Assembly: GCA_947259645.1 (NCBI GenBank)
Contig: CAMYND010000001.1
Coordinates: 11,169-75,168, forward strand
DNA length: 64,000 nucleotides
DNA from: Thermodesulfovibrionia bacterium
Lineage (GTDB): Bacteria > Nitrospirota > Thermodesulfovibrionia > UBA6902
Direction: 5' to 3'
Part shown: positions 8,632-18,215 of the stretch, piece after piece
Layout: each line of letters opens with the position of its first letter
Numbering within the stretch: the stretch's first letter is position 1
The notes under the pieces: model-generated
What the model was told of the DNA's origin: nothing
What the model saw: the letters and a program-made list of their open reading frames with translations, nothing else
The model's database searches: none
Made by a program: the position numbers and the translations under genes

Positions 8632-10065
8632 TTACCCCGCTACAGTATTTTTCCTTGCAGGGGTTATTTGATTAACAAAGCTCTGTGCAGCCCCTTCGTT
8701 ACTTCCAAAATGAAGATGAATATAGCTGCCAATCGTGTTCTTTACCTTGTATCCTTCATCATATAAGTAATTACCTGATCCATCATGTACAGTATAAATC
8801 AATTCAGCCGTTCCTCGTCCTCTCTGTTGCTGATCACTGACCCCTGACCCCTGACCGCTTCCGTTAATTTCCGAATAATGAAACTCATGGCCCCTCAGAA
8901 CAGTCCCCTTTTTCCCGAATAGAGAATCTGCCTGTAAGACTGTTTCCCGATAGCCCAGTCTCATTCTCTTTTTCATCATCCTTGTTTGAAAAGGAAATAC
9001 CCCGGCCATCGGATGAAATACCCCCTCAAAATCATATATGCCCTCAGTGAGGTACATGAACCCGCCGCACTCTCCATATACCGGCAATCCCCGGTCTGCG
9101 AACTCCCTGACCGATTCCATAAGGGACTTGTTGGCGGAAAGACCCGCGGCGTGAAGCTCAGGATATCCTCCTCCCAGGTAAATACCGTCAACACCTTCCG
9201 GAACTATTTTATCTGCAAGGGGGCTGAAAGGCACTATCTCTGCTCCCGCATCTCTTAACAGGTCCAGGTTGTCCTGATAGTAAAAACAGAACGCTTTGTC
9301 GTATGCAATTCCGATTTTTACCTTTCCCGGGTTAACGCGACTCTCCGGATTCATCTGTTTTACTTCAGGAATGTTCTCTCCCTGTTTTTTACCGGCTATG
9401 CGATCCAGATCTACATGCATCAATAGAGCCTCTGCCAGCATCTCTATGTCCTTTATGCTCATCGGTATCTCTTCAGCAACAACAAGTCCGAGATGTCTGT
9501 GGGGGATCTTGAATTCAAGGTCTCTCGGCAAATACCCCAGCACAGGGATATCCTGAATGCTCTCTTTTAATCTCTTATAATGTCTTTCCGATGCAACGCG
9601 GTTAAATATCACCCCGGCAAATGCAGGGGTAGGGTGCGCCCTGCCTTTACTGCCATTTTCTGTCTTGCTGAATTCACGGAATCCGTGTACAACAGCCCCC
9701 GCACTCTCTGCCATTCCATACGCGTCAACAACAAGGAGAACGGGAAGGCCCAGTTCTGCGGCAAGGTCAGCTGTGCTGATATTTCCATCATACATGCCCA
9801 TAACACCCTCTACTACAGCGATGTCAGCCGATGACGAATGCTTCTGAAAGCTGCGCCTTACATACTCTGTTCCGCACATCCAGAGATCAAGATTTCGCGA
9901 GGGTATTCCCGTTACCAGCCTGTGCAGTCCCGTATCGATAAAATCAGGCCCCGCCTTGAAGGGCTGCACACGATACCCTTTCTTTCTCAGTGCGGCAAGT
10001 ATGCCAAGGGTAATGGTCGTTTTTCCGCAGCCGCTGTGCGTTCCGGCGATAACTATGCCCTGCAT
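8632..10065 (-). CDS. cbiA: Cobyrinate a,c-diamide synthase CbiA
   Basis: MQGIVIAGTHSGCGKTTITLGILAAL P-loop N-term, C-terminal glutamine amidotransferase region; 477 aa. Confidence 0.85.
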   Translation of the reverse strand: MQGIVIAGTHSGCGKTTITLGILAALRKKGYRVQPFKAGPDFIDTGLHRLVTGIPSRNLDLWMCGTEYVRRSFQKHSSSADIAVVEGVMGMYDGNISTADLAAELGLPVLLVVDAYGMAESAGAVVHGFREFSKTENGSKGRAHPTPAFAGVIFNRVASERHYKRLKESIQDIPVLGYLPRDLEFKIPHRHLGLVVAEEIPMSIKDIEMLAEALLMHVDLDRIAGKKQGENIPEVKQMNPESRVNPGKVKIGIAYDKAFCFYYQDNLDLLRDAGAEIVPFSPLADKIVPEGVDGIYLGGGYPELHAAGLSANKSLMESVREFADRGLPVYGECGGFMYLTEGIYDFEGVFHPMAGVFPFQTRMMKKRMRLGYRETVLQADSLFGKKGTVLRGHEFHYSEINGSGQGSGVSDQQQRGRGTAELIYTVHDGSGNYLYDEGYKVKNTIGSYIHLHFGSNEGAAQSFVNQITPARKNTVAG

Positions 10066-11210
10066 ATGTCCTTCAGGTGTTTAATCAGCATTTTATTTTC
10101 CTTATGAGATTTAACCGCTATTCTCATATATGTTTCATCAAGTCCCTTAAAATTCGAACAGTCTCTCAAAAGGAGGCCTCTTTTTCTCAATGCCTCAACA
10201 TGCCCCCTTGCACCGTCCTTTCTTAACAGATAATAGTTGGCCGCAGACGGATAGTGCTGCAGTCCCAGCTCCCTGAAGCTTTTCTCCAGATAGGCTTTCT
10301 CTTTCACGATCACGTCCATGGTCCTCTTCATATAGTCCCTGTCCTCCAGGGCAGCTACGGCCGCCTTCTGCGCCAGGCTGTTAACTGTCCAGGGCTCTTT
10401 ATATTGCTTTAGTCTCGCCACAGTATCCCTATGGGCTACAGCATACCCGGCTCTCAACCCGGTAAGGGCGTAAAACTTTGTCATGGATCGCAATACTATC
10501 AGCCGGGGATAACTCTCCAGATCATGGATAACAGACTCCCGGGGATCAAAGTCAATAAACGCCTCATCTATAACGAGCATGCACTGTGCCTTTGCCGCTG
10601 CCTTTGCCAGTTCCAATATGTCATCCCTTTTCATAATATTCCCAGTCGGGTTGTTCGGGTTACAGAGAAAAGCCATGTCGCACCCCTGCAAATCACGTGA
10701 GAATTCATCGGTATTTACGTTATACCCGTTTTCCTCGGCAGTGAGATAGTGCTCCACCTTTGCACCTTTGACCATCATACATGCCCGCTCATACTCTGAA
10801 AATGTAGGGACTGGAATAATAACCGTCCGTGGCTTCAAGGCTCTGGGAAGAAGATATATCAGCTCTGTGCTGCCGTTGCCGCAGAGAATTGATTCAGGGT
10901 CTATTCCGTGATGTGCTGCCAGTTTTTCCCTTAATTTTTTTGTGTCAGAATCAGGATAGTGAACCAGGCTGTCAAGGCTCCCGGCAATTACATCCTTCAC
11001 TCTCTCTGAAATTCCAAGGGGATTAATGGAGGCGCTGAAATCTATGAGTTTGTCCTCTGAAATGCCAAGTTCTTCAGACATTTTATAAACATTACCGCCA
11101 TGCTCATGTTCAGCAGATAATTCTTTCGCTCCTGAGAAAAGATCATACCTTCCCGCAGGCAGGCTGTTTTCGCTGTGTTCATTTGTACCCTTTTTATCTG
11201 TCAGCTTCAT
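10053..11210 (-). CDS. cobD: Class I/II aminotransferase-fold enzyme, probable threonine-phosphate decarboxylase CobD
   Basis: 385 aa PLP-fold (NPNNPTG, SMTKFYALTGLRAGY with Lys), located between cbiA and cbiB as in cob operons. Confidence 0.6.
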   Translation of the reverse strand: MKLTDKKGTNEHSENSLPAGRYDLFSGAKELSAEHEHGGNVYKMSEELGISEDKLIDFSASINPLGISERVKDVIAGSLDSLVHYPDSDTKKLREKLAAHHGIDPESILCGNGSTELIYLLPRALKPRTVIIPVPTFSEYERACMMVKGAKVEHYLTAEENGYNVNTDEFSRDLQGCDMAFLCNPNNPTGNIMKRDDILELAKAAAKAQCMLVIDEAFIDFDPRESVIHDLESYPRLIVLRSMTKFYALTGLRAGYAVAHRDTVARLKQYKEPWTVNSLAQKAAVAALEDRDYMKRTMDVIVKEKAYLEKSFRELGLQHYPSAANYYLLRKDGARGHVEALRKRGLLLRDCSNFKGLDETYMRIAVKSHKENKMLIKHLKDICRA

Positions 11211-11224
11211 TATCCGGTACTCTC

Positions 11225-12463
11225 CTAAACAATCAGAACCGCTGCAATAAATCCAAGAAATGAGGTCACTTTTGTAACAGTCAGGGCGGAACGGGCCGCC
11301 TCGACGTACGTCTCATGTCTGCTCCTGGTTTTATCGGAATTCTGTATTGTGTCATCCCCGATATAGGGTTTGTTTATTACAGTGCCTTCATAGACTGACG
11401 GTCCCCCCAGCCTTACCCCCAGGGCGCCTGCCATAGCAGCCTCAGGAAAGCCGCTGTTCGGGCTCGCATGCCTCTTTCCGTCTCTGGTCATTATTGTAAA
11501 AGCGCTGCTTCCGTTTTCCAGCTGCAGCGCCTGAAGTTTCCTGTCACAGGGAGCCAGGATTTTCATCAAAAAACGCGCCAGCCTGCCTTCCTTGTCTTTG
11601 AATCGTAGCGACCCTTTTGCAACAATCTGCATTACAATGGTTATTACATATACAGCTGTGGCTATCAGCACCCCTGTTATCCGGGCAGGAATGTAATTGG
11701 CAATGTCATCAAGCTTTGCTGAGGCCCACCCTAAACTCCCGTATTTTTCATTTTTATATCCCACCATTGAATCAAGGGTGTTTATCGCCTTGTACGCCAT
11801 GGCGAGGGGCAAGCCACCGATGACAAAGTAAAAGAGCGGGGCAATGATCCCGTCAGAGGCATTTTCAGCAACTGTTTCAATCGCTGCCCGCAATACACCC
11901 TCTTCTTTCAGTGAATCCGTATCTCTTCCCACTATCATTGACAATGACTGCCTGCTCTGCTGGATGTCACCCTGTTTTAGCGCGTCAATGACTGCATGGG
12001 CTGAAAGGAGGAGATCGCGCGTCGCTATTGTCGTGGAGACAAGATAAACATATATGCCAAAGAGTACGTATGACACTACCGGCTGAACAGGGATGTTCAG
12101 GAGAAGATTGCTGAGAATAAAAAAGAGCAGATACGTTGCGCCCACAACAACAGCGGGCAGGATTACCCCGGCCCATTGTTCCAGGATTTTTAGCGTCGGT
12201 TCCTTCCCCTTTCGATGAAAGGGCGCAACCAGTTCAAAAATATTCATACCCTTCTCCGGGTCTTCATTCTCATCACCATTCCCCTGATTGTTCTTCGTGC
12301 TGTTTTTAACTGCATGGTCATAGTCCTCTGCCTCTTTTCTCAGATAATTCTCCAGCTTCTGTATTGCCCCTCCGATAAAAGAGACCGGGTGGGGCATCCA
12401 CCTGGGATCTCCGATTATGAGGTCCACCAGATATGCAAGTGTAAGGGCAAGGGTCTCGGTCAT
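11225..12463 (-). CDS. cbiB: Adenosylcobinamide-phosphate synthase CbiB (with two lineage-specific insertions)
   Basis: N-term LAYLVDLIIGDPRWMPHPVSFIG, core IVGRDT...AIETVAENASDGIIAPLFY...AMAYKAINTLDSMVGYK; 412 aa vs ~320 typical. Confidence 0.8.
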   Translation of the reverse strand: MTETLALTLAYLVDLIIGDPRWMPHPVSFIGGAIQKLENYLRKEAEDYDHAVKNSTKNNQGNGDENEDPEKGMNIFELVAPFHRKGKEPTLKILEQWAGVILPAVVVGATYLLFFILSNLLLNIPVQPVVSYVLFGIYVYLVSTTIATRDLLLSAHAVIDALKQGDIQQSRQSLSMIVGRDTDSLKEEGVLRAAIETVAENASDGIIAPLFYFVIGGLPLAMAYKAINTLDSMVGYKNEKYGSLGWASAKLDDIANYIPARITGVLIATAVYVITIVMQIVAKGSLRFKDKEGRLARFLMKILAPCDRKLQALQLENGSSAFTIMTRDGKRHASPNSGFPEAAMAGALGVRLGGPSVYEGTVINKPYIGDDTIQNSDKTRSRHETYVEAARSALTVTKVTSFLGFIAAVLIV

Positions 12464-14061
12464 GAGAGGCCCCCGGGCTGTTTATTCATGCAGTATTCCA
12501 TTCCCACCTGTCGTAAAATAAAACAGATATCTATGTTATTCCTCACCGTATCAGCCCAGCTGTTTATGGCATTCTCTTTTGCTGTCCTGTAACTGAAGGC
12601 GGTTTCCCGGGGCGAGAGTCCTTTTTTCATTCTTAATGCGTTGATTACCGCTGTGCGCAGGCCGTCGTTGTCAAAGATGCCGTGTATATATGTTCCCCAT
12701 ACATTTCCCTTTGTAGATCCGTCTGAAATGGTCTCGCGCGATAGGCCCCTGCGAATTTCAAAGAGCCCAACATCTCCGGTCGTAGAGCCCATATGTATTT
12801 CATAGCCCTTCAGGTTATTCCACCTGCAGCTTGTAGCGCTCTGAACAGCATCAAACCATTTCAGGCTTACCAGGTTCGCTGTTACCTGACAGGTCGTCTT
12901 TGTCCTGTCCATGGTCGTAACAGTATCAAGAAAACCCATGCCGTCAATTTCCTGCAGGTCGCTCTCAACATTGTCAGGGTCAAGCACTTTCTTCCCGATC
13001 ATCTGATAGCCGCCGCAGAGACCGATAAGAGGAGTTCCCTTTTTCACGGCAGCTTTCACGCACTCCTCTATTCCCCGCTCTCTCAGCAGGAGCAGATCAC
13101 TGACCGTGTTTTTCGATCCCGGAATGATGAGCAAATCCGCGGTACTGATATCTTCCTCCCATAAGGAGTATTTCAGCTCAACATCAGGTTCATTCAGAAA
13201 GGGGGCAAAGTCCGTAAAATTCGAGATGTATTTCAGCCGCAGCACCACAACCTTAAGCTCTTTATGGCCTGAATGATCAAATCGGGCGACATGTTCGATG
13301 GAAAGGCCGTCTTCCTCTTCAAGGCCAAGATTGCCCTGATGATAGAGGGTGCCGATCACGGGTCTGCCTGTTTTTTCCTCGATCATTCTCAGGCCGGGGC
13401 GCAGGATATTCATGTCTCCGCGGAATTTATTTACGATGAACGCCTTGATATAATCAGCGTCAGATAGTTCCTGCGTTCCTGTAAGGGCATGGCATGCCAT
13501 GCCCCTACAATCCTTTAATAGCTCAACGGTACCGTAAAACTGGGCAAACACACCGCCCCTGTCAATATCGCCGACAAGGATCACCGGGGCATCAGCATAG
13601 CGGGCGACGCGCATATTGACTACTTCTTCCTTGCTCAGGTTTATCTCTGCCGGGCTTCCCGCCCCCTCGATAATGATCAGATCATAGAGCTTCGAGAGCC
13701 TGTCATAGGCAGCGGTAATTTCTTCCCAGACCCTGTCCTTTATTTCATAGTATTCATGGGCCTTCATTGTCCCGTGGACTTTGCCATTTACAATAACCTG
13801 GCACCCGGCCTCGCCCGTTGCCTTCAGGAGCACCGGATTCATGTCATTGGAGGGTTCCAGCCCGGAAGCCTCAGCCTGAAAAGCCTGGGCACGGCCTATC
13901 TCTCCGCTTTCCCCTGTTATAAAAGAGTTCAGGGCCATGTTCTGCGACTTAAAAGGAGCAACCTTGATCCCCATGTCTTTGAATACCCTGCAGAGGCCCG
14001 CAACGATAGCGCTCTTTCCTGCTCCAGATCCGGTTCCCTGTATCATTATCGCTTTTGCCAT
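12460..14061 (-). CDS. cobQ: Cobyric acid synthase CobQ/CbiP
   Basis: MAKAIMIQGTGSGAGKS N-term, GATase-like C-term; carries in-frame palindrome (CRGMACHAL) at 13481-13508. Confidence 0.85.
   Translation of the reverse strand: MAKAIMIQGTGSGAGKSAIVAGLCRVFKDMGIKVAPFKSQNMALNSFITGESGEIGRAQAFQAEASGLEPSNDMNPVLLKATGEAGCQVIVNGKVHGTMKAHEYYEIKDRVWEEITAAYDRLSKLYDLIIIEGAGSPAEINLSKEEVVNMRVARYADAPVILVGDIDRGGVFAQFYGTVELLKDCRGMACHALTGTQELSDADYIKAFIVNKFRGDMNILRPGLRMIEEKTGRPVIGTLYHQGNLGLEEEDGLSIEHVARFDHSGHKELKVVVLRLKYISNFTDFAPFLNEPDVELKYSLWEEDISTADLLIIPGSKNTVSDLLLLRERGIEECVKAAVKKGTPLIGLCGGYQMIGKKVLDPDNVESDLQEIDGMGFLDTVTTMDRTKTTCQVTANLVSLKWFDAVQSATSCRWNNLKGYEIHMGSTTGDVGLFEIRRGLSRETISDGSTKGNVWGTYIHGIFDNDGLRTAVINALRMKKGLSPRETAFSYRTAKENAINSWADTVRNNIDICFILRQVGMEYCMNKQPGGLS
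13481..13508. repeat. Palindromic element copy (GTAAGGGCATGGCATGCCATGCCCCTAC) in-frame inside cobQ
   Basis: Encodes CRGMACHAL insertion. Confidence 0.75.
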
Positions 14062-14064
14062 AAC

Positions 14065-14712
14065 CTATGCCACAAAATTCATATGCCTGATTACGGGATA
14101 GTCCCACAGTTCAATCACATTTAATGCTGAAAAATCCTGTTCAATCCTGAATATATTTTCCAGGGGAATACCGAGAAGCTCACACAGGATCACCCTGTTT
14201 ATTCCGCCATGGGCAACGAGCGCTATCTGTTCACCATCATGCCTTGAAACTATTTCATGAAACGCCTTTATTGCGCGGTCTCTCACAGCCAGGGTGCTTT
14301 CACCTTCGAGAGGACTGTACTGCAGAGGATTTTCAGCCCAGGCCTTGAAGGCATCGGGCCACTTCTCTTTTATCTCGTCAAAACTCATCCCTTCCCAGAC
14401 ACCGAAATTACGCTCTTTCAATCCATCCGTAATCACCGGCTTGAGTCCAAAAGGGGCGGCAATGATCTCTGCACTTTTACGGGCACGGCTCAGGTCCGAA
14501 CAATAGACCGCTTGCAACTCCCCGCTGACCGGGCCAGAACCTGATTTGCGGCCCAGGTGGCGGGCAAGTCTCTTTACCTGCTCAATGCCATTTTCTGAAA
14601 GAGGAACATCAATGTGGCCCTTGTACCTGCGGGAATCAGCATCCTCTGTTTCGCCGTGTCGTATAAGATAAATTTTTGTCATCATCGTCTGCTCAACAAC
14701 ACTGCGCTTCAT
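14065..14712 (-). CDS. cobC: Alpha-ribazole phosphatase CobC (histidine phosphatase family)
   Basis: IYLIRHGET...RHG/His phosphatase motifs, operon context between cobS and cobQ. Confidence 0.7.
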   Translation of the reverse strand: MKRSVVEQTMMTKIYLIRHGETEDADSRRYKGHIDVPLSENGIEQVKRLARHLGRKSGSGPVSGELQAVYCSDLSRARKSAEIIAAPFGLKPVITDGLKERNFGVWEGMSFDEIKEKWPDAFKAWAENPLQYSPLEGESTLAVRDRAIKAFHEIVSRHDGEQIALVAHGGINRVILCELLGIPLENIFRIEQDFSALNVIELWDYPVIRHMNFVA

Positions 14713-14730
14713 CGCGCAGCTCCATACCGG

Positions 14731-15531
14731 TCAGTCCAGACTGACTTTATTGATTACCGCGATCAACAGAAATAGCAGTACCGCAATTTCGTTTACCGCC
14801 CCGAATGAATCACCTGTCATCCCGCCAAATTGTTTCTTGAAAAACCATACAGCCCCAAAACTGAAGCCAAAAAGAAGGGGCATCGCAAACATGAGGTAAA
14901 ACATGATAAGTGAAAACTGCCCCGTTGCTATGCAGAGCATGAGAACAAAGAGGACTGTTGCCGCAGTAGCTGTCAGGAGCTCCTTTTTCCCGGTCTGCTC
15001 ACTAAAGATTCTTCCCAGTCCATCCTGCCTCGCCGGCCTGCTGTAACAGGCTGCCGGGACCATTGCCCAGCGAGACAGCAGGGGAACGGTTATAAGGATC
15101 ACAAAGTAAACAGGTCCGTTTGAATGAAAGTAAAGAGCATTGAGCAGCACATATTTCAGCAGGAGCGTCATCACTATAGCGATAACTCCCATGGGGCCAA
15201 CTGTGCTGTCCTTCATGATCAAGAGCTTTTTTTCTACTCCACTCCGCGACGCAACTGCATCAATGGTGTCGGAGAGACCATCCAGATGCAGACCGCCGTT
15301 CATCACCGTAATGATAAGTACCAACAAGGCATTGGCAAGCTCTGACTGAAAAAGGCCCAGAAAGATCGTAGCTGAAAATGCAAGGAGAATACCCTCAGCA
15401 AGTCCCACCCAGGGGAAAACAGCTGTAGCCTTTCCCACTTCGCTGTCAGGCAGCTCTCCCAGGTCTTTCACCGGAATAATCGTTAAAAACTGAAATGCCA
15501 GAAAAATACGGTTCATAATCAAAACGTTCAA
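14731..15531 (-). CDS. cobS: Cobalamin synthase (adenosylcobinamide-GDP ribazoletransferase) CobS
   Basis: 266-aa polytopic membrane protein with LAFQFLTIIP N-terminus typical of CobS, operon context. Confidence 0.8.
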   Translation of the reverse strand: MNVLIMNRIFLAFQFLTIIPVKDLGELPDSEVGKATAVFPWVGLAEGILLAFSATIFLGLFQSELANALLVLIITVMNGGLHLDGLSDTIDAVASRSGVEKKLLIMKDSTVGPMGVIAIVMTLLLKYVLLNALYFHSNGPVYFVILITVPLLSRWAMVPAACYSRPARQDGLGRIFSEQTGKKELLTATAATVLFVLMLCIATGQFSLIMFYLMFAMPLLFGFSFGAVWFFKKQFGGMTGDSFGAVNEIAVLLFLLIAVINKVSLD

Positions 15532-15550
15532 CGCTTATGCCTGAAAATAC

Positions 15551-16621
15551 TCAGGCATTCTTTTCCGCGACCTCTGCTTCCGCAAATGTCGCCATCTCTT
15601 TATAAATCTTCAGACCACCCTCAATGATCATCATAGCCAGTGCAGCACCGGTTCCCTCACCGAGTCTCATATCAAGATCAAGAATCGGCCTGAGCCCTAT
15701 TTTTTCCAAAATAAACTTATGTCCAGCTTCCCGGGACATGTGAGCAGCAAACATGTAATCCTTTGTCTTCGGCTCTATCAGCCATGCCATCAATGCGCCT
15801 GCAGTCGATATGAAGCCGTCTATTACCACAGGTATTTTCTCCGCTGCTGCGCCCAAGACTAGCCCGGCTATGCCGGCAATCTCGGCACCGCCCACTTTGG
15901 AAAGAACATCAACAGGATCAGAAGGATCAGGGTTGTTGAGCGCTAACGCATCCTTAATTACCGTGACCTTGCTCGTCCAGACTTTATCATTGATTCCGGT
16001 GCCTCTGCCTGTAATATCCTCAACAGGCCTGCCTGTAATAACTGATGTAATCGCACTTGAGGGTGATGTGTTGGCAATTCCCATTTCACCTGTCCCGAAA
16101 ATCCGATATCCTTTCGCAGCATACTCATGTGCCAGATCAATACCAACCTGAATACACTGTTCGGTTTCTTCACGGGTCATGGCCGGGCCTTTCCGCATAT
16201 TCCTTGTGCCGGAAACTACTTTCTTTATGAGCAAGGGCACGCTGCTCCGGGCCGCTGCCTCGGTAAAATCATAATCAACACCGATGTCTACAACGACCAC
16301 GTCTGCACCCGCGTGCCGGGAGAGAACATTAATCCCTGCTCCGCCGTGAATAAAATTCAATACCATCTGGGAGGTCACCTCTTTTGGGAAAGCGGACACA
16401 CCCTCGTCTGCGACACCGTGGTCACCGGCAAAGGTGAAGACAACTTTTTTATCAAGGTCAGGCATGGTCTGTTCTGAAATAGCAACAAGCTGCTTTGCAA
16501 ACTCCTCAAGCCTTCCCAGGCTTCCCTGCGGCTTGGTGAGATTATCGAGGCGCTCCTGAGCCTGTCCGGCGAATGTTCCGTTCGTATTTGTTATGCGTGA
16601 ACACGTAGACTGTAATGACAT
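15551..16621 (-). CDS. cobT: Nicotinate-nucleotide--dimethylbenzimidazole phosphoribosyltransferase CobT
   Basis: 356 aa, [12 protein letters not shown] and GEMGIANTS motifs typical of CobT. Confidence 0.85.
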   Translation of the reverse strand: MSLQSTCSRITNTNGTFAGQAQERLDNLTKPQGSLGRLEEFAKQLVAISEQTMPDLDKKVVFTFAGDHGVADEGVSAFPKEVTSQMVLNFIHGGAGINVLSRHAGADVVVVDIGVDYDFTEAAARSSVPLLIKKVVSGTRNMRKGPAMTREETEQCIQVGIDLAHEYAAKGYRIFGTGEMGIANTSPSSAITSVITGRPVEDITGRGTGINDKVWTSKVTVIKDALALNNPDPSDPVDVLSKVGGAEIAGIAGLVLGAAAEKIPVVIDGFISTAGALMAWLIEPKTKDYMFAAHMSREAGHKFILEKIGLRPILDLDMRLGEGTGAALAMMIIEGGLKIYKEMATFAEAEVAEKNA

Positions 16622-16651
16622 ATGTACCTCCGCGATTTCATTATTATATGG

Positions 16652-17194
16652 TTACCCTTTAATCTTCAGCGGTATGCCCGCCGTGACCAGGTATACTTCA
16701 TCAGACAGCTCTGCTATTTTTTGATTTAAGGCACCTGATAAATCCCTGAACGTTCTTGCCAGTTTATTTTCCGGCACAATGCCAGTACCAACTTCATTGG
16801 ACACCATAAAGAGATCAAAGTCATCTGCATGTTTCAACCCGCCCAGAAACGAAGTAAATTCGCTGATGCTGTCTTCAGGCAGCTCATTATCCGTGCCTGC
16901 TGCCTCAAACTTCAGCAATATATTGGAGAGCCAGATGGTCAGGCAGTCCAGAAGAACAACACGGTACCTGCCCTGCAGTGTATTGATAAGAGGAGAGAGC
17001 TTCAGAGGCTCTTCAAGGGTGTCCCATTCATCGCTTCTTTCCGCTTTATGCTTTCCAATCCGTTCCCTCATTTCATCATCAAGGGCTTCTGCTGTGGCGA
17101 TGTATGCCTTCTGCCCCTCAATTTCTGAGGCCCTGGTCAGGGCAAAAAGGCTCTTACCACTCCGTGCCCCGCCTATGATAAAAGTGATTTTCAA
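16652..17194 (-). CDS. cobU: Adenosylcobinamide kinase / adenosylcobinamide-phosphate guanylyltransferase CobU
   Basis: 180 aa, P-loop FIIGGARSGKS, first gene after riboswitch. Confidence 0.85.
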   Translation of the reverse strand: MKITFIIGGARSGKSLFALTRASEIEGQKAYIATAEALDDEMRERIGKHKAERSDEWDTLEEPLKLSPLINTLQGRYRVVLLDCLTIWLSNILLKFEAAGTDNELPEDSISEFTSFLGGLKHADDFDLFMVSNEVGTGIVPENKLARTFRDLSGALNQKIAELSDEVYLVTAGIPLKIKG

Positions 17195-17289
17195 ATTCTC
17201 GATCCGCAGATATTAAAGATTATTCAGATTATCTGATACCAAAATTAATACTTCTGAGTTATTCATTGATTCAACCACGTTAAAAAATA

Positions 17290-17335
17290 AAAACCCCCGG
17301 CCTTCAATTAAGAAAACCGGGGATAAAAGTATTAA
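17290..17335 (-). terminator. Intrinsic terminator (riboswitch expression platform) upstream of cobU
   Basis: Transcript-strand CCCCGG-N16-CCGGGGGUUUUUAUUUUUU hairpin plus U-tract ~95 nt before the cobU start. Confidence 0.6.
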
Positions 17336-17344
17336 CCTTTACCC

Positions 17345-17565
17345 TCACATCCTCTTCCCTCGAAGGTTTTGCGTGAGGTCACGTTCAGGCAGGTCTTCTG
17401 GCTTTCCCGATCTCTACCAGCCTTCCCTGTAACTTTACAAGTGGCTTCAGTGAGTAGAGACTATCAATTCCGAACAAGTGGAAATCGGGATTACAGCGGC
17501 GGGTCCGCTCCAGCATTTCACTGGATTCCCCTTTAAGCCCATAGAGGGCACCTGAACAGTTTATG
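17345..17565 (-). promoter_or_regulatory. Cobalamin (AdoCbl) riboswitch
   Basis: Transcript strand contains AAAGGGGAAUCCAGUGAAAUGCUGGAGCGGACCCGCCGCUGUAAUCCCG and B12 box GGGAAAGCCAGAAGACCUGCC (plus-strand 17388-17403), matching RF00174 consensus features. Confidence 0.8.
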
Positions 17566-17577
17566 TCTCAGTCTAGA

Positions 17578-17609
17578 ATTATACCTTAATGGGTGAATGA
17601 TTAGTCAAG
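17578..17609 (-). promoter_or_regulatory. Putative sigma70 promoter driving riboswitch/cob operon (-35 TTGACT, 19-nt spacer, -10 TATAAT)
   Basis: Minus-strand cTTGACTaatcattcacccattaaggTATAATtc immediately upstream of the riboswitch. Confidence 0.45.
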
Positions 17610-17620
17610 AAAAGGAGGAT

Positions 17621-18043
17621 TTATTGCGGGGGCTTTATGGCCTTTAAATAGTCAAAATAGTCATGGGCCGGGTTGATAAGTTCAACGCCGACTCCACCGT
17701 AATTTCCATTCATCTTTTTTAGCCGTTTTACTATTGCCAGTACCTTCAATGAATCACTCTCAATACAGATCATTGAGTCAGATGAGAAATACTGATTTGT
17801 TCCGATAAACATGCCTCGTTCAGACACATTCAGCACAGTTCCCTGGAAAATATCATTGTTATAGAATATCTTTACCCCGACACCGATGGAAATCCTGCTG
17901 TAGGCCCTTTTATCGTTTTTCGGTTCTTTCTGCAGCCCGAAATAGGCATTATACTCCTCTATATACGACTCAAGCTCAGATTCTGAGTTGATTCCCAGCT
18001 TTTTTAACCTGTCTAATATTTCCTGTCTTTTCAGAGCGACCAT
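17621..18043 (-). CDS. PilZ domain protein (putative c-di-GMP binding)
   Basis: KRAYSRISI (RxxxR-like) and NVSERGMFI (N/DxSxxG) motifs; 140 aa. Confidence 0.55.
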   Translation of the reverse strand: MVALKRQEILDRLKKLGINSESELESYIEEYNAYFGLQKEPKNDKRAYSRISIGVGVKIFYNNDIFQGTVLNVSERGMFIGTNQYFSSDSMICIESDSLKVLAIVKRLKKMNGNYGGVGVELINPAHDYFDYLKAIKPPQ

Positions 18044-18215
18044 AATCAGTTAATAAAGCAAATTATCTTCCACGCATAATTACTTGATTTATAAGTTTTT
18101 ATAATGATTAACACCATTTTAAACGTAATATTATATTACATATTGTTAAATTTAACGACAATTAACCTCTCGAAAATCTCCTGGCCAGTCTTTCTAACCT
18201 TATTACAGGTTTCAT

